Both the position numbers and the translations under genes were made by a program. 64,000 nt of DNA from Spirochaetia bacterium. GTDB lineage: Bacteria > Spirochaetota > Spirochaetia > DSM-2461. The stretch spans positions 2,784,001 through 2,848,000 of the forward strand of contig CAXXIA010000002.1 in assembly GCA_963666985.2 (NCBI GenBank), given 5' to 3'. Position 1 is the first letter of the stretch, and every line of letters begins with the position of its first letter. Positions 1-10,178 of the stretch are shown here, in pieces. The notes beneath the pieces are model-generated. The model saw only the letters and a list, made by a program, of their open reading frames with translations, was not told the origin of the DNA and searched no databases.

Positions 1-860
1 ACTTCTCCCCGGTGAATTTTAAAATCAAACGGTTTCGTTCCTTCCGCGCTGGATAAGCGGGAGGCTTCATAGACAAGCGGATTATTTTGGTTTTGTACTT
101 TTTTGCGATTCAGCAATTCCGAAATATCATCGAGTTCTTTACCCATCATGGCCGATATCAGCTCGACTCGGGGTAAATCCTTGATTTCATATTCTCCAAT
201 CAGTTCACCGTTTCGTAAAACGGTTATTCGGTCGCTTATCTCATAAACCTGATCAAGAAAATGGGTAATAAAGATAATGCCGACGCCGCGGGCCTTTAAA
301 TCCCGCATCAGAGAGAACAGCAGCGAAACCTCTTGTTCATCCAGGGATGATGTCGGTTCGTCCAAAATAAGAACTTTGCATTCCATATCGACGGCTCGCG
401 CTACGGCGACCATCTGCTGTACCGCAAGCGAACAGGATCCGAGCTGCCTGGTCGCACTTGTCGGGATTTTAAGCTTCTCTAAGATTTCGGTTGCCTTTTT
501 TTGCGTGGCGCGCCAGTTTATGAAGCGGTATTTCCCGCGTCCGATAAACAGATTTTCAGCGACCGTGAGATTCGGGCAAAGAGTTATTTCCTGATAAACG
601 GTACTGATACCTAAATTCTGAGCATCCTGTGGTGATTTTATTACAATCTCATCATCAATGCCGGCCAGTTTAATTTGACCGGTATCCTTGGAATACACTC
701 CTGTCAGGACCTTAACCAAAGTTGATTTACCGGCCCCGTTCTCACCCATCAAAGCATGAATTTCACCTTTGCACAGAGTAAAATCCACATCACGCAGAGC
801 CTGAACACCCGGAAATGATTTGGATATCCCGCGCATGGTTAAAACAACATCATTGTTCAT
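1..860 (-). CDS. Sugar ABC transporter ATP-binding protein (RbsA/MglA/YtfR-like), truncated by window start
   Basis: Manual translation from ATG at 860: MNNDVVLTMRGISKSFPGVQAL...GENGAGKST (Walker A)...LILDEPTSSLD (Walker B); lies downstream of the sugar-binding protein gene. Confidence 0.93.
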   Translation of the reverse strand, partial: MNNDVVLTMRGISKSFPGVQALRDVDFTLCKGEIHALMGENGAGKSTLVKVLTGVYSKDTGQIKLAGIDDEIVIKSPQDAQNLGISTVYQEITLCPNLTVAENLFIGRGKYRFINWRATQKKATEILEKLKIPTSATRQLGSCSLAVQQMVAVARAVDMECKVLILDEPTSSLDEQEVSLLFSLMRDLKARGVGIIFITHFLDQVYEISDRITVLRNGELIGEYEIKDLPRVELISAMMGKELDDISELLNRKKVQNQNNPLVYEASRLSSAEGTKPFDFKIHRGE

Positions 861-891
861 CGGCAGAAAACCACCTTATTTACTTTATATT

Positions 892-939
892 AAAAAAAGC
901 AGCGTAAAGTGTGTGGAAAAAACACATACTTCACGCTGC
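892..939 (-). terminator. Intra-operon stem-loop/terminator after the binding-protein gene
   Basis: GCAGCGTAAAGTGTGTG...CACATACTTCACGCTGC inverted repeat (899-939) with an A-tract at 892-898 (U-tract on the minus strand). Confidence 0.7.
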
Positions 940-985
940 ACATCATGGACTACAAAGTTAATCTTAACCGGTCAAAGAGACTTGC

Positions 986-1942
986 TTAGTCTCCAAGTCC
1001 ATAAGTATCGATATCCGCTTGTGTAATCGTTTTTGCATCAAAACCCTTCTCTTCGGAAATGACTTTCTTTGCGGGAATATTTCCGGTTTTAATCATTTTA
1101 TCGATTACGGCCGCCTGGAACGGGCTGCACTGACCATCGTAATTCCAGTTCCCCGCAAGAAGTTCTCTCAGGGCCCACTTGTTGCAATCGAAGCCCATGA
1201 CGATGACATCTCCGTCGACACCGTGAGTGATGCCGGCTTCGTCCAGTGCCGCAACGGCGCCTTTCGCCATACCGTCGTTTTCAGCGTAAATCACGTTGAA
1301 AGGCTCACCGGAGTTGATAACGGATTCGGTGATTTTCTTTGCTTCGGCTTCATCCCAGGTTGCGGTCTGCTGCGCGACTTTATTCATTCTTCCGGCGGAG
1401 AACTCAGCTTCCAGCGCGTTGGTGCGGCCGATCTGAGCATCGCTGCCCATGGCGCCCTGAATATGAATGACATTATATTTGGGGAGTTTCTGTGCTTTAA
1501 GCCATGCAACGGCGGTATCGCCCTGATTCGCCATGTCGGAAACAACGGCGGCTTCATACAGGCTTGAATCGGCATTCAGCATTCGGTCGAAGAGAAAGAC
1601 TTTAATACCCGCTTCTTTTGCGTTGGTAAGAACCGAGTTCCATCCGTCCGTAGCCGCAGCGGAGAGAAGAATATAGTCAACGCCGTCGGTGATGAACTGA
1701 GAAGCGGCATTAAGCTGTTCATCATTCTTCAAGCTGTAGAATGTTGAAACCTCATACCCGTTTACTTCCGTGAAGACTTTTTCCATATCCGCAACATTCG
1801 CCGCGCGATATCCGGATTCGGAAGGCGGATTGTTGACGATGCCGACCTTAATCAGTCCGGAATCCTTTTGTCCGCCCGCAAACAAAACAAACGGACAGGC
1901 AATGAGCAGGATAACCAGAACGAATAAATACCTTTTGTTCAT
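986..1942 (-). CDS. Sugar ABC transporter substrate-binding protein (YtfQ/RbsB-like)
   Basis: Signal peptide ending LFAGGQK; periplasmic binding protein type I motifs (FLFDR, YAENDGMAKGA, MGFD). Confidence 0.9.
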   Translation of the reverse strand: MNKRYLFVLVILLIACPFVLFAGGQKDSGLIKVGIVNNPPSESGYRAANVADMEKVFTEVNGYEVSTFYSLKNDEQLNAASQFITDGVDYILLSAAATDGWNSVLTNAKEAGIKVFLFDRMLNADSSLYEAAVVSDMANQGDTAVAWLKAQKLPKYNVIHIQGAMGSDAQIGRTNALEAEFSAGRMNKVAQQTATWDEAEAKKITESVINSGEPFNVIYAENDGMAKGAVAALDEAGITHGVDGDVIVMGFDCNKWALRELLAGNWNYDGQCSPFQAAVIDKMIKTGNIPAKKVISEEKGFDAKTITQADIDTYGLGD

Positions 1943-2424
1943 AAAACACTCCTTTTGAAAACACAGATGGGCTTGAAGCCATTAATTCGATCGAAGTATT
2001 GTTCCGGAGTGAGAATCTCCTTCTCTCATCCGTATGCAATAATTCAATTCAAAATTTAATGGATTCAATCCGTCCATTCGGCGGCAACGCCGCGTCAAAG
2101 ACGTATTATCCTAGGAGCAGCGGATTCAGAAGTACATGCACTATCTTATCGATTTTGGTATAGAAATTTTCGCCGTTTATTATTTGTCCTGATAATCATG
2201 GGTGAAAAGTTGATATTTTTATTCAAAACGTATGATTTTTTTCGTTTTTCCTTAAGCCGGGCTTAAAAAGTCGGATTATAGGGAAGATCGGCAGCAGGAT
2301 CGGCGCATCGAATAAGTCCTGATTTTTCACTTTGCCTTGGCGTCTTTAAAACGCTGAAGTATTATTTCGACAGACCGCTAAAGGGAATCGTTTTTTTCAT
2401 CAGGACGGCCCGCCGGGAGAAATT

Positions 2425-2775
2425 ATGAAAATCGTTAGGTATGAACAGGTAACGGAAACTCGCTTTGACAATGATGCGGCCAAGGGACTCTCAGGCCGTG
2501 TCCTTGTTGGTAAAGATGATGGTGCAAAGAATTTCTGCATGCGTGTTTTTGAAGTTGATCCCGGCGGAAATACTCCTCGGCATCGTCATGAATGGGAACA
2601 CGAAATCTTCTTTCATGCCGGCCAAGGTGAAATCCGGCGCGGCGGAGAATGGGTTCCCGTCGGTGCCGGTACGGCCGCCTTTGTTCCCGGAAATGAAGAG
2701 CATCAAATTCGCAACGCCGGAAACGATACACTGGTTTTCGTGTGTCTTATTCCCTCGGGAGTTCCTGAGCTCTAG
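2425..2775 (+). CDS. Cupin domain protein
   Basis: Cupin motifs HRHEWEHE and VPGNEEHQIRN; GGAG RBS. Confidence 0.9.
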   Translation: MKIVRYEQVTETRFDNDAAKGLSGRVLVGKDDGAKNFCMRVFEVDPGGNTPRHRHEWEHEIFFHAGQGEIRRGGEWVPVGAGTAAFVPGNEEHQIRNAGNDTLVFVCLIPSGVPEL

Positions 2776-2780
2776 TTCGT

Positions 2781-3983
2781 CTATCGGAGTTTGCCGCCCA
2801 GCCACAGGACGACCTTGCGGCGATATTCTTCATTCCCGTCTCCCCACCACCCATGCTTCAATTCGGGCAGGATTTCCGCCGTAACTTGCGCGCCCAGGTC
2901 TTTCAGGGCGGCTTCGACGATGGGGAGATGATCGTCAAAATTGAATTCGTCCCGATCTCCGGCCGTCAGCAGGTACGAGAGGGATGAGAGATCGGGCTGT
3001 TCCGATTCCAGGATATCGGCCGGATTAACCGAGCGCATTCGCATCCATACGGGCATCTCTTTCGGCCACGGACCGTCGGTTCCGTCGATGCCGAATGCCT
3101 GATAAAGAAAGAAGTTTTCGGAAACGCCCAGCAGGCCGGATGAGCCGAGGGTCATCATGGCCCGGCGGGGACGGTCGCGGTTAATCGGAGAATATTTTCC
3201 CGGATTGTAAGGGAGAAGCCTGCTTCCGGAGACCGCATAGCGCAAATCCGCCATGGGATAAATCGCCGCCGCGGCCGAAGCGAAATCCCGGCGGACCAGG
3301 CTGTAGTAAAGGACTCCGTAGCCGCCCATTGAGGTTCCCAGCAGGGCCGTACCGTCCGGATCGGTTCTAATATTATAGGTTCGCTCCACCCATGGCTGAA
3401 GTTCGCTGAAAAAATATTCCTCGTAGGCACCGAGGTTGCTGTCGACATACCAGCTTCCCGCGCGGCCGTCTTTCGGCCACGGACCTTCGGCCGAGCCGTC
3501 TCCGGATATGGAAAAGTCGGGCATAACGACGACCGTGGGAGGAATGGTTCCGTTTCCGATTTCTTCGTCCATAAGCGTTAAAAGAGACCTCACCCAGACA
3601 TCGGGACGCCGGCCGAAGCCGTGCAGGGCATACAGAATCGGGTAGGCTTCCTTCCGATCCGAATCATATTCGGGAGGAAGATAGACGATGACGCATCGTA
3701 CGGTTTCGAACGGACCTGTCGGCGGATTTATTCCCCTTATCCAGCCTTCGTACCGTTCCATGGGATCGCCGTCTCCAAAATGGCCGACGACGATTCCTTC
3801 CCCGCTCCAGTCGGCCGAAACAACTTGAGTCCAGGGGGCCTTCGCGGCAATAAGGAAGTCGGGAAGAACAATAACGGCAGGGGATACCGCAAGAACCGCG
3901 ATGGTGATGATGAGTGCGGTAAAGATCGCGGCGGCCGTCGGCAGCCGGTAACGGATTTTTCTCTTTTTTGATCCTGTTTTCAT
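2781..3983 (-). CDS. Membrane-anchored/secreted esterase (alpha/beta hydrolase, CE1-like)
   Basis: N-terminal hydrophobic helix; VYLPPEY, YPILYALHG, GTSMGG nucleophile elbow, C-terminal Asp/His. Confidence 0.85.
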   Translation of the reverse strand: MKTGSKKRKIRYRLPTAAAIFTALIITIAVLAVSPAVIVLPDFLIAAKAPWTQVVSADWSGEGIVVGHFGDGDPMERYEGWIRGINPPTGPFETVRCVIVYLPPEYDSDRKEAYPILYALHGFGRRPDVWVRSLLTLMDEEIGNGTIPPTVVVMPDFSISGDGSAEGPWPKDGRAGSWYVDSNLGAYEEYFFSELQPWVERTYNIRTDPDGTALLGTSMGGYGVLYYSLVRRDFASAAAAIYPMADLRYAVSGSRLLPYNPGKYSPINRDRPRRAMMTLGSSGLLGVSENFFLYQAFGIDGTDGPWPKEMPVWMRMRSVNPADILESEQPDLSSLSYLLTAGDRDEFNFDDHLPIVEAALKDLGAQVTAEILPELKHGWWGDGNEEYRRKVVLWLGGKLR

Positions 3984-4137
3984 CGGTATCCCTCCATGGA
4001 ACAGTGTAGCAGGAACGAATCACGTCCGAGGAGCATAAGAGCAATATCAGGCATGTTTTAATTTGGCCGGTATTCCGAGTGCTTTATGTCTTGATTTAAA
4101 CCTGCGGCCATCGCGGATGGCCGGTATGATATTCGCA

Positions 4138-4599
4138 TTATTGCCAATCATAACCGTGGTTATGTGAAAGATTTAACAGGAGCCGATGCAGAATTTGTCT
4201 ATCCTCCCGGGGCAGAATCGTCAGCATTTCCTTGGTATACCGAACAGCTCCTTCCACGGCGTCTTCATACATGCATTGGCCTTTATCCGTCAGCGACAGC
4301 CACCATAATCGCCGGTCGTTGTTATCTTGAACTTGGTAAAACAATTCGCGGTTACGCAGTTTGCGAACATATTGTGAGACTGTCGCCGGCGTTATATCCA
4401 TCATTTGCGACAGTTTCTTTGACGTGACTTTTCCAAATTGTCCTACAACCATCAAAAGACCGATCTCGGCGGCGGTCAGGTCGGGTCTGTGTCCATGAAC
4501 TTCTTTGCGAAGTCGGGATTCATAGAAATTCCGCAGGCTGAAAATCGATTGGTTTATCTGAATATACTCTTTATTCGTTAAATCCTTTGAATCCTCCAC
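4138..4599 (-). CDS. MarR family transcriptional regulator
   Basis: Winged HTH with DRR...LTDKG motif; GTG start. Confidence 0.9.
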   Translation of the reverse strand: MEDSKDLTNKEYIQINQSIFSLRNFYESRLRKEVHGHRPDLTAAEIGLLMVVGQFGKVTSKKLSQMMDITPATVSQYVRKLRNRELFYQVQDNNDRRLWWLSLTDKGQCMYEDAVEGAVRYTKEMLTILPREDRQILHRLLLNLSHNHGYDWQ

Positions 4600-4621
4600 G
4601 GTCTATCCTTCTTCTAAAGTG

Positions 4622-4664
4622 TTGACAATCTAATCATTAGATAAACTAACGATTAGATTGTCAA
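4622..4664. promoter_or_regulatory. Palindromic operator/divergent promoter between marR and the methyltransferase
   Basis: TTGACAATCTAATC-N15-GATTAGATTGTCAA, perfect 14-bp arms each starting with a TTGACA -35 hexamer. Confidence 0.75.
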
Positions 4665-4865
4665 GCGGAATAAGATTCCGGATAAAGAATGCAAGCCTCG
4701 GTGAGGGTCGGGTAAACAAAATAATCATCATCCCAAAGAGAAGCCGGCGGATATCGGTTTTTCTTTGGGAGAGCAGTACCGTTTCGTTTTACTTTTGAAT
4801 TGAATTAATACATGATAAACTTGTGTTCTCTTATTTTCTGTCGAACCGAAAGAAGGATAAGTAAT

Positions 4866-5672
4866 ATGAATAAGTATAAATTCCCGAATGGGAAAGAATT
4901 TTTCATCTTGGACAAAGTAACCGCCAAAGATGTCTATACGGAAATTTATGAGGACAACGTTTATCTTCAGCACGGAATCCTAGTAACGCCGGGTGATGTG
5001 ATTTTTGATGCGGGAGCTAATATTGGCTTATTTTCAAACTTTATTTCGGAGACTATACCGGATCTGAAGCTGTATGTCTTTGAACCGATACCTCAGATAT
5101 TTGAAGTATTGAAAGCGAATCTAAAAGATAATCCCGGTATTAAAAAGATCTATAATATCGGAATCGCGGATCAAGAAAGAATTGCGGAATTTAATTATTA
5201 TCCAAAGGTTAGTGCCGATTCAACGTCAATTCCTTTTGTATTTGACAAGCAAGTTGAAATGTTTGTAAAGAAATATCGGAACGGTATTGCAAAGATTATA
5301 CCTGAAAAAGTTTTTACCGGAATCCTTACAAGAATATTAAAGAAAGCATATACCCCAATTAAAATGAATTGTCCGATGAAGACAGTGTCGCAAATTATTG
5401 AAGAAAACAAAATTGAACGGATTGATTTGTTAAAAGTGGATGCGGAAAATGCGGAACGTCAAGTTTTAACCGGGATAAAGGAAAAAGACTGGGGAAAGAT
5501 TCGGCAAATAGCAATGGAAATCCATACCAATATTCCGAATGGTGAAAACTTAATTTCTTATCTAACGGATTTAATCGAAGAAAAAGGGTTTCGGTATGTG
5601 CTGGATACCGAATCCCGATTTTCCTTTATTGGAGTTCACATGCTTTATGCTGTAAGAGGTAGCAAAAATTGA
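4866..5672 (+). CDS. FkbM family methyltransferase
   Basis: IFDAGANIG, FEPIP, IDLLKVDAENAE, MEIH motifs; start moved to ATG 4866 after the AAGGA RBS. Confidence 0.88.
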   Translation: MNKYKFPNGKEFFILDKVTAKDVYTEIYEDNVYLQHGILVTPGDVIFDAGANIGLFSNFISETIPDLKLYVFEPIPQIFEVLKANLKDNPGIKKIYNIGIADQERIAEFNYYPKVSADSTSIPFVFDKQVEMFVKKYRNGIAKIIPEKVFTGILTRILKKAYTPIKMNCPMKTVSQIIEENKIERIDLLKVDAENAERQVLTGIKEKDWGKIRQIAMEIHTNIPNGENLISYLTDLIEEKGFRYVLDTESRFSFIGVHMLYAVRGSKN

Positions 5673-5679
5673 AGTTATA

Positions 5680-6978
5680 TTATTTCTCAGCGACCTTCCG
5701 AATAACGGATGAAGCCTGTTTGCTTTCTTTATAGAGTTCTTCCACGCTGAAATGTAGTTTGGTTACCGAAAATCTTTTATCGACCGGAAAAAGGTAATAT
5801 GTATCATTTTTATTTGAGAAACTGAAGCAATCCCCCTTCCCGAAGTATTCATATTCAATATGCAGACTGTAGTTAAGAGCAACCGGTACTCTTATATCCA
5901 GCTTTTCTCCATTAAAATCTCCGGTCAGATGAAATCCATTATGATTATGGATAATAACACCTCGTCCCAAACGATAAAAACCGCTGCTGTTGGGAAGCAT
6001 GTCCACATCAACATCTATTTTTATGTGATATTTTCCATTGATGATATCATTGCGGACTTGTTCTCTTTGCCATTCGAACCAGTCGGGAATATGTGAGAAT
6101 ATTGTTTCGGCATTTAACGCCTTTAACTGTCCCAGTTCATCCATTTGATATTTTATTCCGCAGCTTTCGCACCAGATTTTATTTCTATCGCTTCTCATTT
6201 CAAACTCTATGTGACAATGCGGACATTGATACAACGGTTTATGCAAATTCTTTGCCCGGTTGCGATAGTTTATTTTTATATTGTTCTCCAATTGATATCG
6301 ATAATCATCATAAAGGAATGCTTTTCTAACTAATGAGTTGATTTCTTTAATACTGCTTTGGCTGATTTTATATTTATCAAGCAGAAAAGTCATGTCGGAG
6401 GATGTGCGTACTTTACGTTTCTTTAAATTCCAGAAAGGCTGACGGAGGTGATGACCATGCGATATCAAGGTAACAACCGGATAGCCAAGATACTTAATCA
6501 TCTTTCCAAGGGAATCCGGCAGAATGGAACTTGTTCCAACCAGAGAATACCGTGCTTCCGGAAAAATCTCACAGATGACTTTATTCACTTGCAGAGAATG
6601 TTTAACTTGTCTCAGAATCAGCGGATCACCGACGAATTTTCTTTTACCGAAACAGCCGACATTTCTCATTATTTTTTCACGGTTGATAAAACCGTCTATC
6701 GCCACAATGAAATTGGCCCTTTTGGGAAATACCGCCTTCACCGCGACCTTGAAATCAAGAAAGCTGTTATGATTGCAGAGTAAGATATACGGTCCCTTTA
6801 AGCCGTCCATACCGTGTTTCCGAATGGTCGGCTGTGTTACGATCAATTCCGGGAAACTCAACATCCACGTAAGTGCCTGTAAGTACCATTTAGCTTTCAG
6901 CGGAGGAGCTTCAAAATCAAAGCGCGGCATCTCATTTATTTCTTTCAGCGATTTGGTAACGATGTCACTTATCTGCAA
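5680..6978 (-). CDS. Lysophospholipid/PlsC-type acyltransferase with C-terminal CxxC...CxxC domain
   Basis: NHNSFLD (HX4D), IFPEAR motifs; CPHC...CESC. Confidence 0.85.
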   Translation of the reverse strand: MQISDIVTKSLKEINEMPRFDFEAPPLKAKWYLQALTWMLSFPELIVTQPTIRKHGMDGLKGPYILLCNHNSFLDFKVAVKAVFPKRANFIVAIDGFINREKIMRNVGCFGKRKFVGDPLILRQVKHSLQVNKVICEIFPEARYSLVGTSSILPDSLGKMIKYLGYPVVTLISHGHHLRQPFWNLKKRKVRTSSDMTFLLDKYKISQSSIKEINSLVRKAFLYDDYRYQLENNIKINYRNRAKNLHKPLYQCPHCHIEFEMRSDRNKIWCESCGIKYQMDELGQLKALNAETIFSHIPDWFEWQREQVRNDIINGKYHIKIDVDVDMLPNSSGFYRLGRGVIIHNHNGFHLTGDFNGEKLDIRVPVALNYSLHIEYEYFGKGDCFSFSNKNDTYYLFPVDKRFSVTKLHFSVEELYKESKQASSVIRKVAEK

Positions 6979-7119
6979 TATGAATCTCCATAACGGTGCA
7001 ATTCTCTTTCATAGAGCCCAAGGAATGCAATTTTGTACCTTAAATATAAACTCTTTAATATGCAATTGGAAAAAGTTACGGAATCGGCCTGAATGGTCTC
7101 CGGTGATTTAGAGACGGCT

Positions 7120-8913
7120 TTATTGCGCCGCCGCCTTCAGTTCGCCGAAAGGAGGCGGTGTCGGGATTGGAACGGGAACCTCCAACGGGCGCGGCTCTTC
7201 TCTTTGGCTATTTGGTATCAATTCGTCCAGATATGAAGGATCGGCATGAAAATGTTCCTTTAAATAGTCTATATCCCGACGCTGTAAAGTCAGGTTGAAA
7301 TAGCTGATGAGTTCTTTCAACGCTTCATGAATGCCTCGCTGCGCCGATTCACGGTCGTTGGAGATTCGGTCGAGCCATGCAATTTCATCCGAAGATGATG
7401 AGATCGCTCGGGCGAGACTCTCAAATGATAATGATCGTGTTGATTCAATTGAACTTCGAACGATGGGATCGTCCAAGTCAAGATAACGTTCAAGAACCCT
7501 CAGCATGGAAATGGCAAGTTCTTTTTGATCATTACTCAGAACCTCCAGGTGCTCATGATCCGGTGCGAATTCGGAAAGTATGGTATCGATTTCTCGCGAT
7601 AATGGAAGAATCTGTTTGGTTTTTAAACTGACTTCGCCGGAAGTAAGACGAATCCCCCGTCCGGAATCCCCGGGCAGCAGAAGTTTCACGGATGATTGTG
7701 ACCGCCGGCGAATGGTTTTGTTGTAAATATCCCATGCTTTACTCAGATTCTCATGACTTCGTTCAACGCGGCGATTCTCGGTTCTGAGTCTTTCATAAAG
7801 GTCGATGATTCTTTTTAATTCTTTTGGTTTTTGCGTGTTTTTTACACGGCTTTGTAATATCTCGACGACTTTTTCCTGGAGAAGGTGAGCGGATCGTATG
7901 GAAGGAAGCGTGGAAATAATCCGCCTGATTACAGTTCGATCGTTTTGACGTTCCTCCGAATTCCTATGTTTCTCAGGCGGCGCGGGCTCGTAGAGATTCT
8001 CGGCCAGAATCCTCAACCGGTTATTCCGGCGATATACCGACAAGCGATACTCTCGACGCGCCGCCGTAAGCTTGCGGGCCGCGTCGGTAAAATCCCGATT
8101 TCCCGAATAGACGGTTCGAATCAGAGGGAAGCGTCGACCGCAAATCAGCTCAAACATGAGGATACAGACTTCTTCGACGTCCACAAGGCTCATGAGTTCG
8201 AGATTATCCGCTTCATGTGCGGCCATGACACGCTCAAGAAATCCCGTTGTTCGGTTTCGACTCGGACGGTTTGGAATCCCGGGATTATTGATGTGCCGTT
8301 CCAGCAGGCGAATGATTTCGCCGGAATAAGATTCCAGCCGTGTTAAATGAGGCTTCAGTTTCCGACGAAGCAATGCGGCCGCTTCATCGTTTACTTGGTA
8401 TCCGCGGTTTCGTATTACATTCATTTCACGAGCCAGCGATGATATTTCCCGGTCGTCCGTTAACTCTAAAAACGCCGCCGCGATGGAGTCCGGATTATAC
8501 TCCGAATCTTCCAGAAGATATTTCGCCGTTAGGATGCGTCGGCCCGTTATATCAAGTGTTTCCAGCTGCAGATTTCGAATTTCTATTATACGGTTTGGAA
8601 GGAATTCAAAAACACGATTTAAGGCTTTTCGGTCTTTATCATGATCCAATCCCCGAGTCATGGCGTATAAAAAGCGGACGGTTAATGCGAAAATACCGGC
8701 AATAACCGTATAGATTGCAAAGTAGATGAACAGAGAATTCGGGGCGACCGTTCCATAGCCGATGAGGTATCCTCCTTGAAGCGCCATGTAGGTTACCGGA
8801 CCGGCCGTCCAGGCGATTTGCAGGAACGCTCGTCCCCACCTTTCTTTTTGAGCGGCTCCTTTTATTCGTGCAACGAGCGTGGACGCAAGAGATGTCTTGT
8901 TTTCCATGTACAT
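7120..8913 (-). CDS. Hypothetical protein, two N-terminal TM helices and a long helical cytoplasmic region
   Basis: 597-aa ORF, hydrophobic segments near the N-terminus; no recognised motif. Confidence 0.7.
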   Translation of the reverse strand: MYMENKTSLASTLVARIKGAAQKERWGRAFLQIAWTAGPVTYMALQGGYLIGYGTVAPNSLFIYFAIYTVIAGIFALTVRFLYAMTRGLDHDKDRKALNRVFEFLPNRIIEIRNLQLETLDITGRRILTAKYLLEDSEYNPDSIAAAFLELTDDREISSLAREMNVIRNRGYQVNDEAAALLRRKLKPHLTRLESYSGEIIRLLERHINNPGIPNRPSRNRTTGFLERVMAAHEADNLELMSLVDVEEVCILMFELICGRRFPLIRTVYSGNRDFTDAARKLTAARREYRLSVYRRNNRLRILAENLYEPAPPEKHRNSEERQNDRTVIRRIISTLPSIRSAHLLQEKVVEILQSRVKNTQKPKELKRIIDLYERLRTENRRVERSHENLSKAWDIYNKTIRRRSQSSVKLLLPGDSGRGIRLTSGEVSLKTKQILPLSREIDTILSEFAPDHEHLEVLSNDQKELAISMLRVLERYLDLDDPIVRSSIESTRSLSFESLARAISSSSDEIAWLDRISNDRESAQRGIHEALKELISYFNLTLQRRDIDYLKEHFHADPSYLDELIPNSQREEPRPLEVPVPIPTPPPFGELKAAAQ

Positions 8914-8946
8914 TGCTGAACCACACCGGGATTCCCGGAGGCTGTT

Positions 8947-9858
8947 TTAGTTGAGTCCGGCAGCTACTGCCGAACATTCTTCCTGTTCATAATACATCGA
9001 TTCAAACTTCGCCGGGGGGATATCTCCAAGCGGCTCCATGATTCGGCGGTTGTTGTACCAGTCCACCCAGTCCAGGGTTTCCAATTCAACCTGTTCTATT
9101 CTCTGCCATGAGCTCCTCCGGTGGATGACTTCGGCTTTGTAGAGACCGTTGATAGTCTCAGCCATTGCGTTATCGTACGAGTCTCCTTTGCTCCCAACCG
9201 AAGGCTCGATACCGGCCTCTGTCAATCGATCCGAATATCGAAACGAAAGATACTGCCTTCCACGATCACTGTGATGAATCAGACCGTCGACTACTTCCCT
9301 GGCCCAAAGCGCCTGATTGAGCGCATCAAGAGTAAAGTCGGTTTTCATCGACCGGCTAGCTCGCCAACCGACGATCATCCGGGAGAAGACATCAATGATG
9401 AAGGCAACATAGACGAAGCCCTGCCAGGTGGAAACGTAGGTGAAATCCGCAACCCAAAGCCGATTCGGCTTGGAAGCTGTGAAATCTCTGTTAACCAGAT
9501 CCTCGGGTCTTTCATCTTTCGGTGACGGGAAGGTGGTCTTGGTTCCCTTGCCCCGAATGACGCCTCTGAGACCCATAGAACGCATAAGACGTTCGACGGT
9601 ACACCTGGCTACATGGAGATGCTTCTCATTTCTAAGAACCTTCCAGACTTTCCTGGCGCCGTAGACTCTACGGTTCTCATCCCATATCTCCTGAATCTCA
9701 TTTTTAAGAAACCGGTCTCGACGTGTTCGATCAGGTTCGAGTTCAGGATCAGCTTCTCTTGCTTTTTGTAGATGATAGGTCGACGGAGCAATCGGCAGTG
9801 ATTTGCAGATAGGCTCGACTCCATATTCTTCCCGGTTCTCATTGATAAAACCGACCAT
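8947..9858 (-). CDS. IS3 transposase OrfB (DDE/rve)
   Basis: WVADFTYV, HHSDRGRQY, DNAMAETINGLYKAE motifs. Confidence 0.97.
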   Translation of the reverse strand: MVGFINENREEYGVEPICKSLPIAPSTYHLQKAREADPELEPDRTRRDRFLKNEIQEIWDENRRVYGARKVWKVLRNEKHLHVARCTVERLMRSMGLRGVIRGKGTKTTFPSPKDERPEDLVNRDFTASKPNRLWVADFTYVSTWQGFVYVAFIIDVFSRMIVGWRASRSMKTDFTLDALNQALWAREVVDGLIHHSDRGRQYLSFRYSDRLTEAGIEPSVGSKGDSYDNAMAETINGLYKAEVIHRRSSWQRIEQVELETLDWVDWYNNRRIMEPLGDIPPAKFESMYYEQEECSAVAAGLN

Positions 9859-10178
9859 CAGTTCTTTCGGCGGTCGAGCTCCGCCTGGGCAAAATACGCT
9901 GAGGCCTTTCGAAGAATTTCGTTGGCAGTACGAAGTTCTCGATTCTCCTTTTCCAGCTCTTTAAGACGCTTACGCTCTTCACTGGTTAGACCATCCCGCT
10001 GCCCTTCATCGATTTCTGCCTGCCGAACCCATTTCCGGAGTGTTTCGGGTGTACAGCCGATCTTAGCGGATATTGAACAAATCGCCGACCACTGAGATTC
10101 GCTGTCCTTCTGCTTCTCAAACACCATCCGGACAGATTGTTCCCGGACTTCCTTGGGGTACCTTGTTTGCTTTCCCAT
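9858..10178 (-). CDS. IS3 transposase OrfA (HTH + leucine zipper)
   Basis: IGCTPETLRKWV, LEKENRELRTANEILRKASAYFAQAELDR. Confidence 0.97.
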   Translation of the reverse strand: MGKQTRYPKEVREQSVRMVFEKQKDSESQWSAICSISAKIGCTPETLRKWVRQAEIDEGQRDGLTSEERKRLKELEKENRELRTANEILRKASAYFAQAELDRRKN

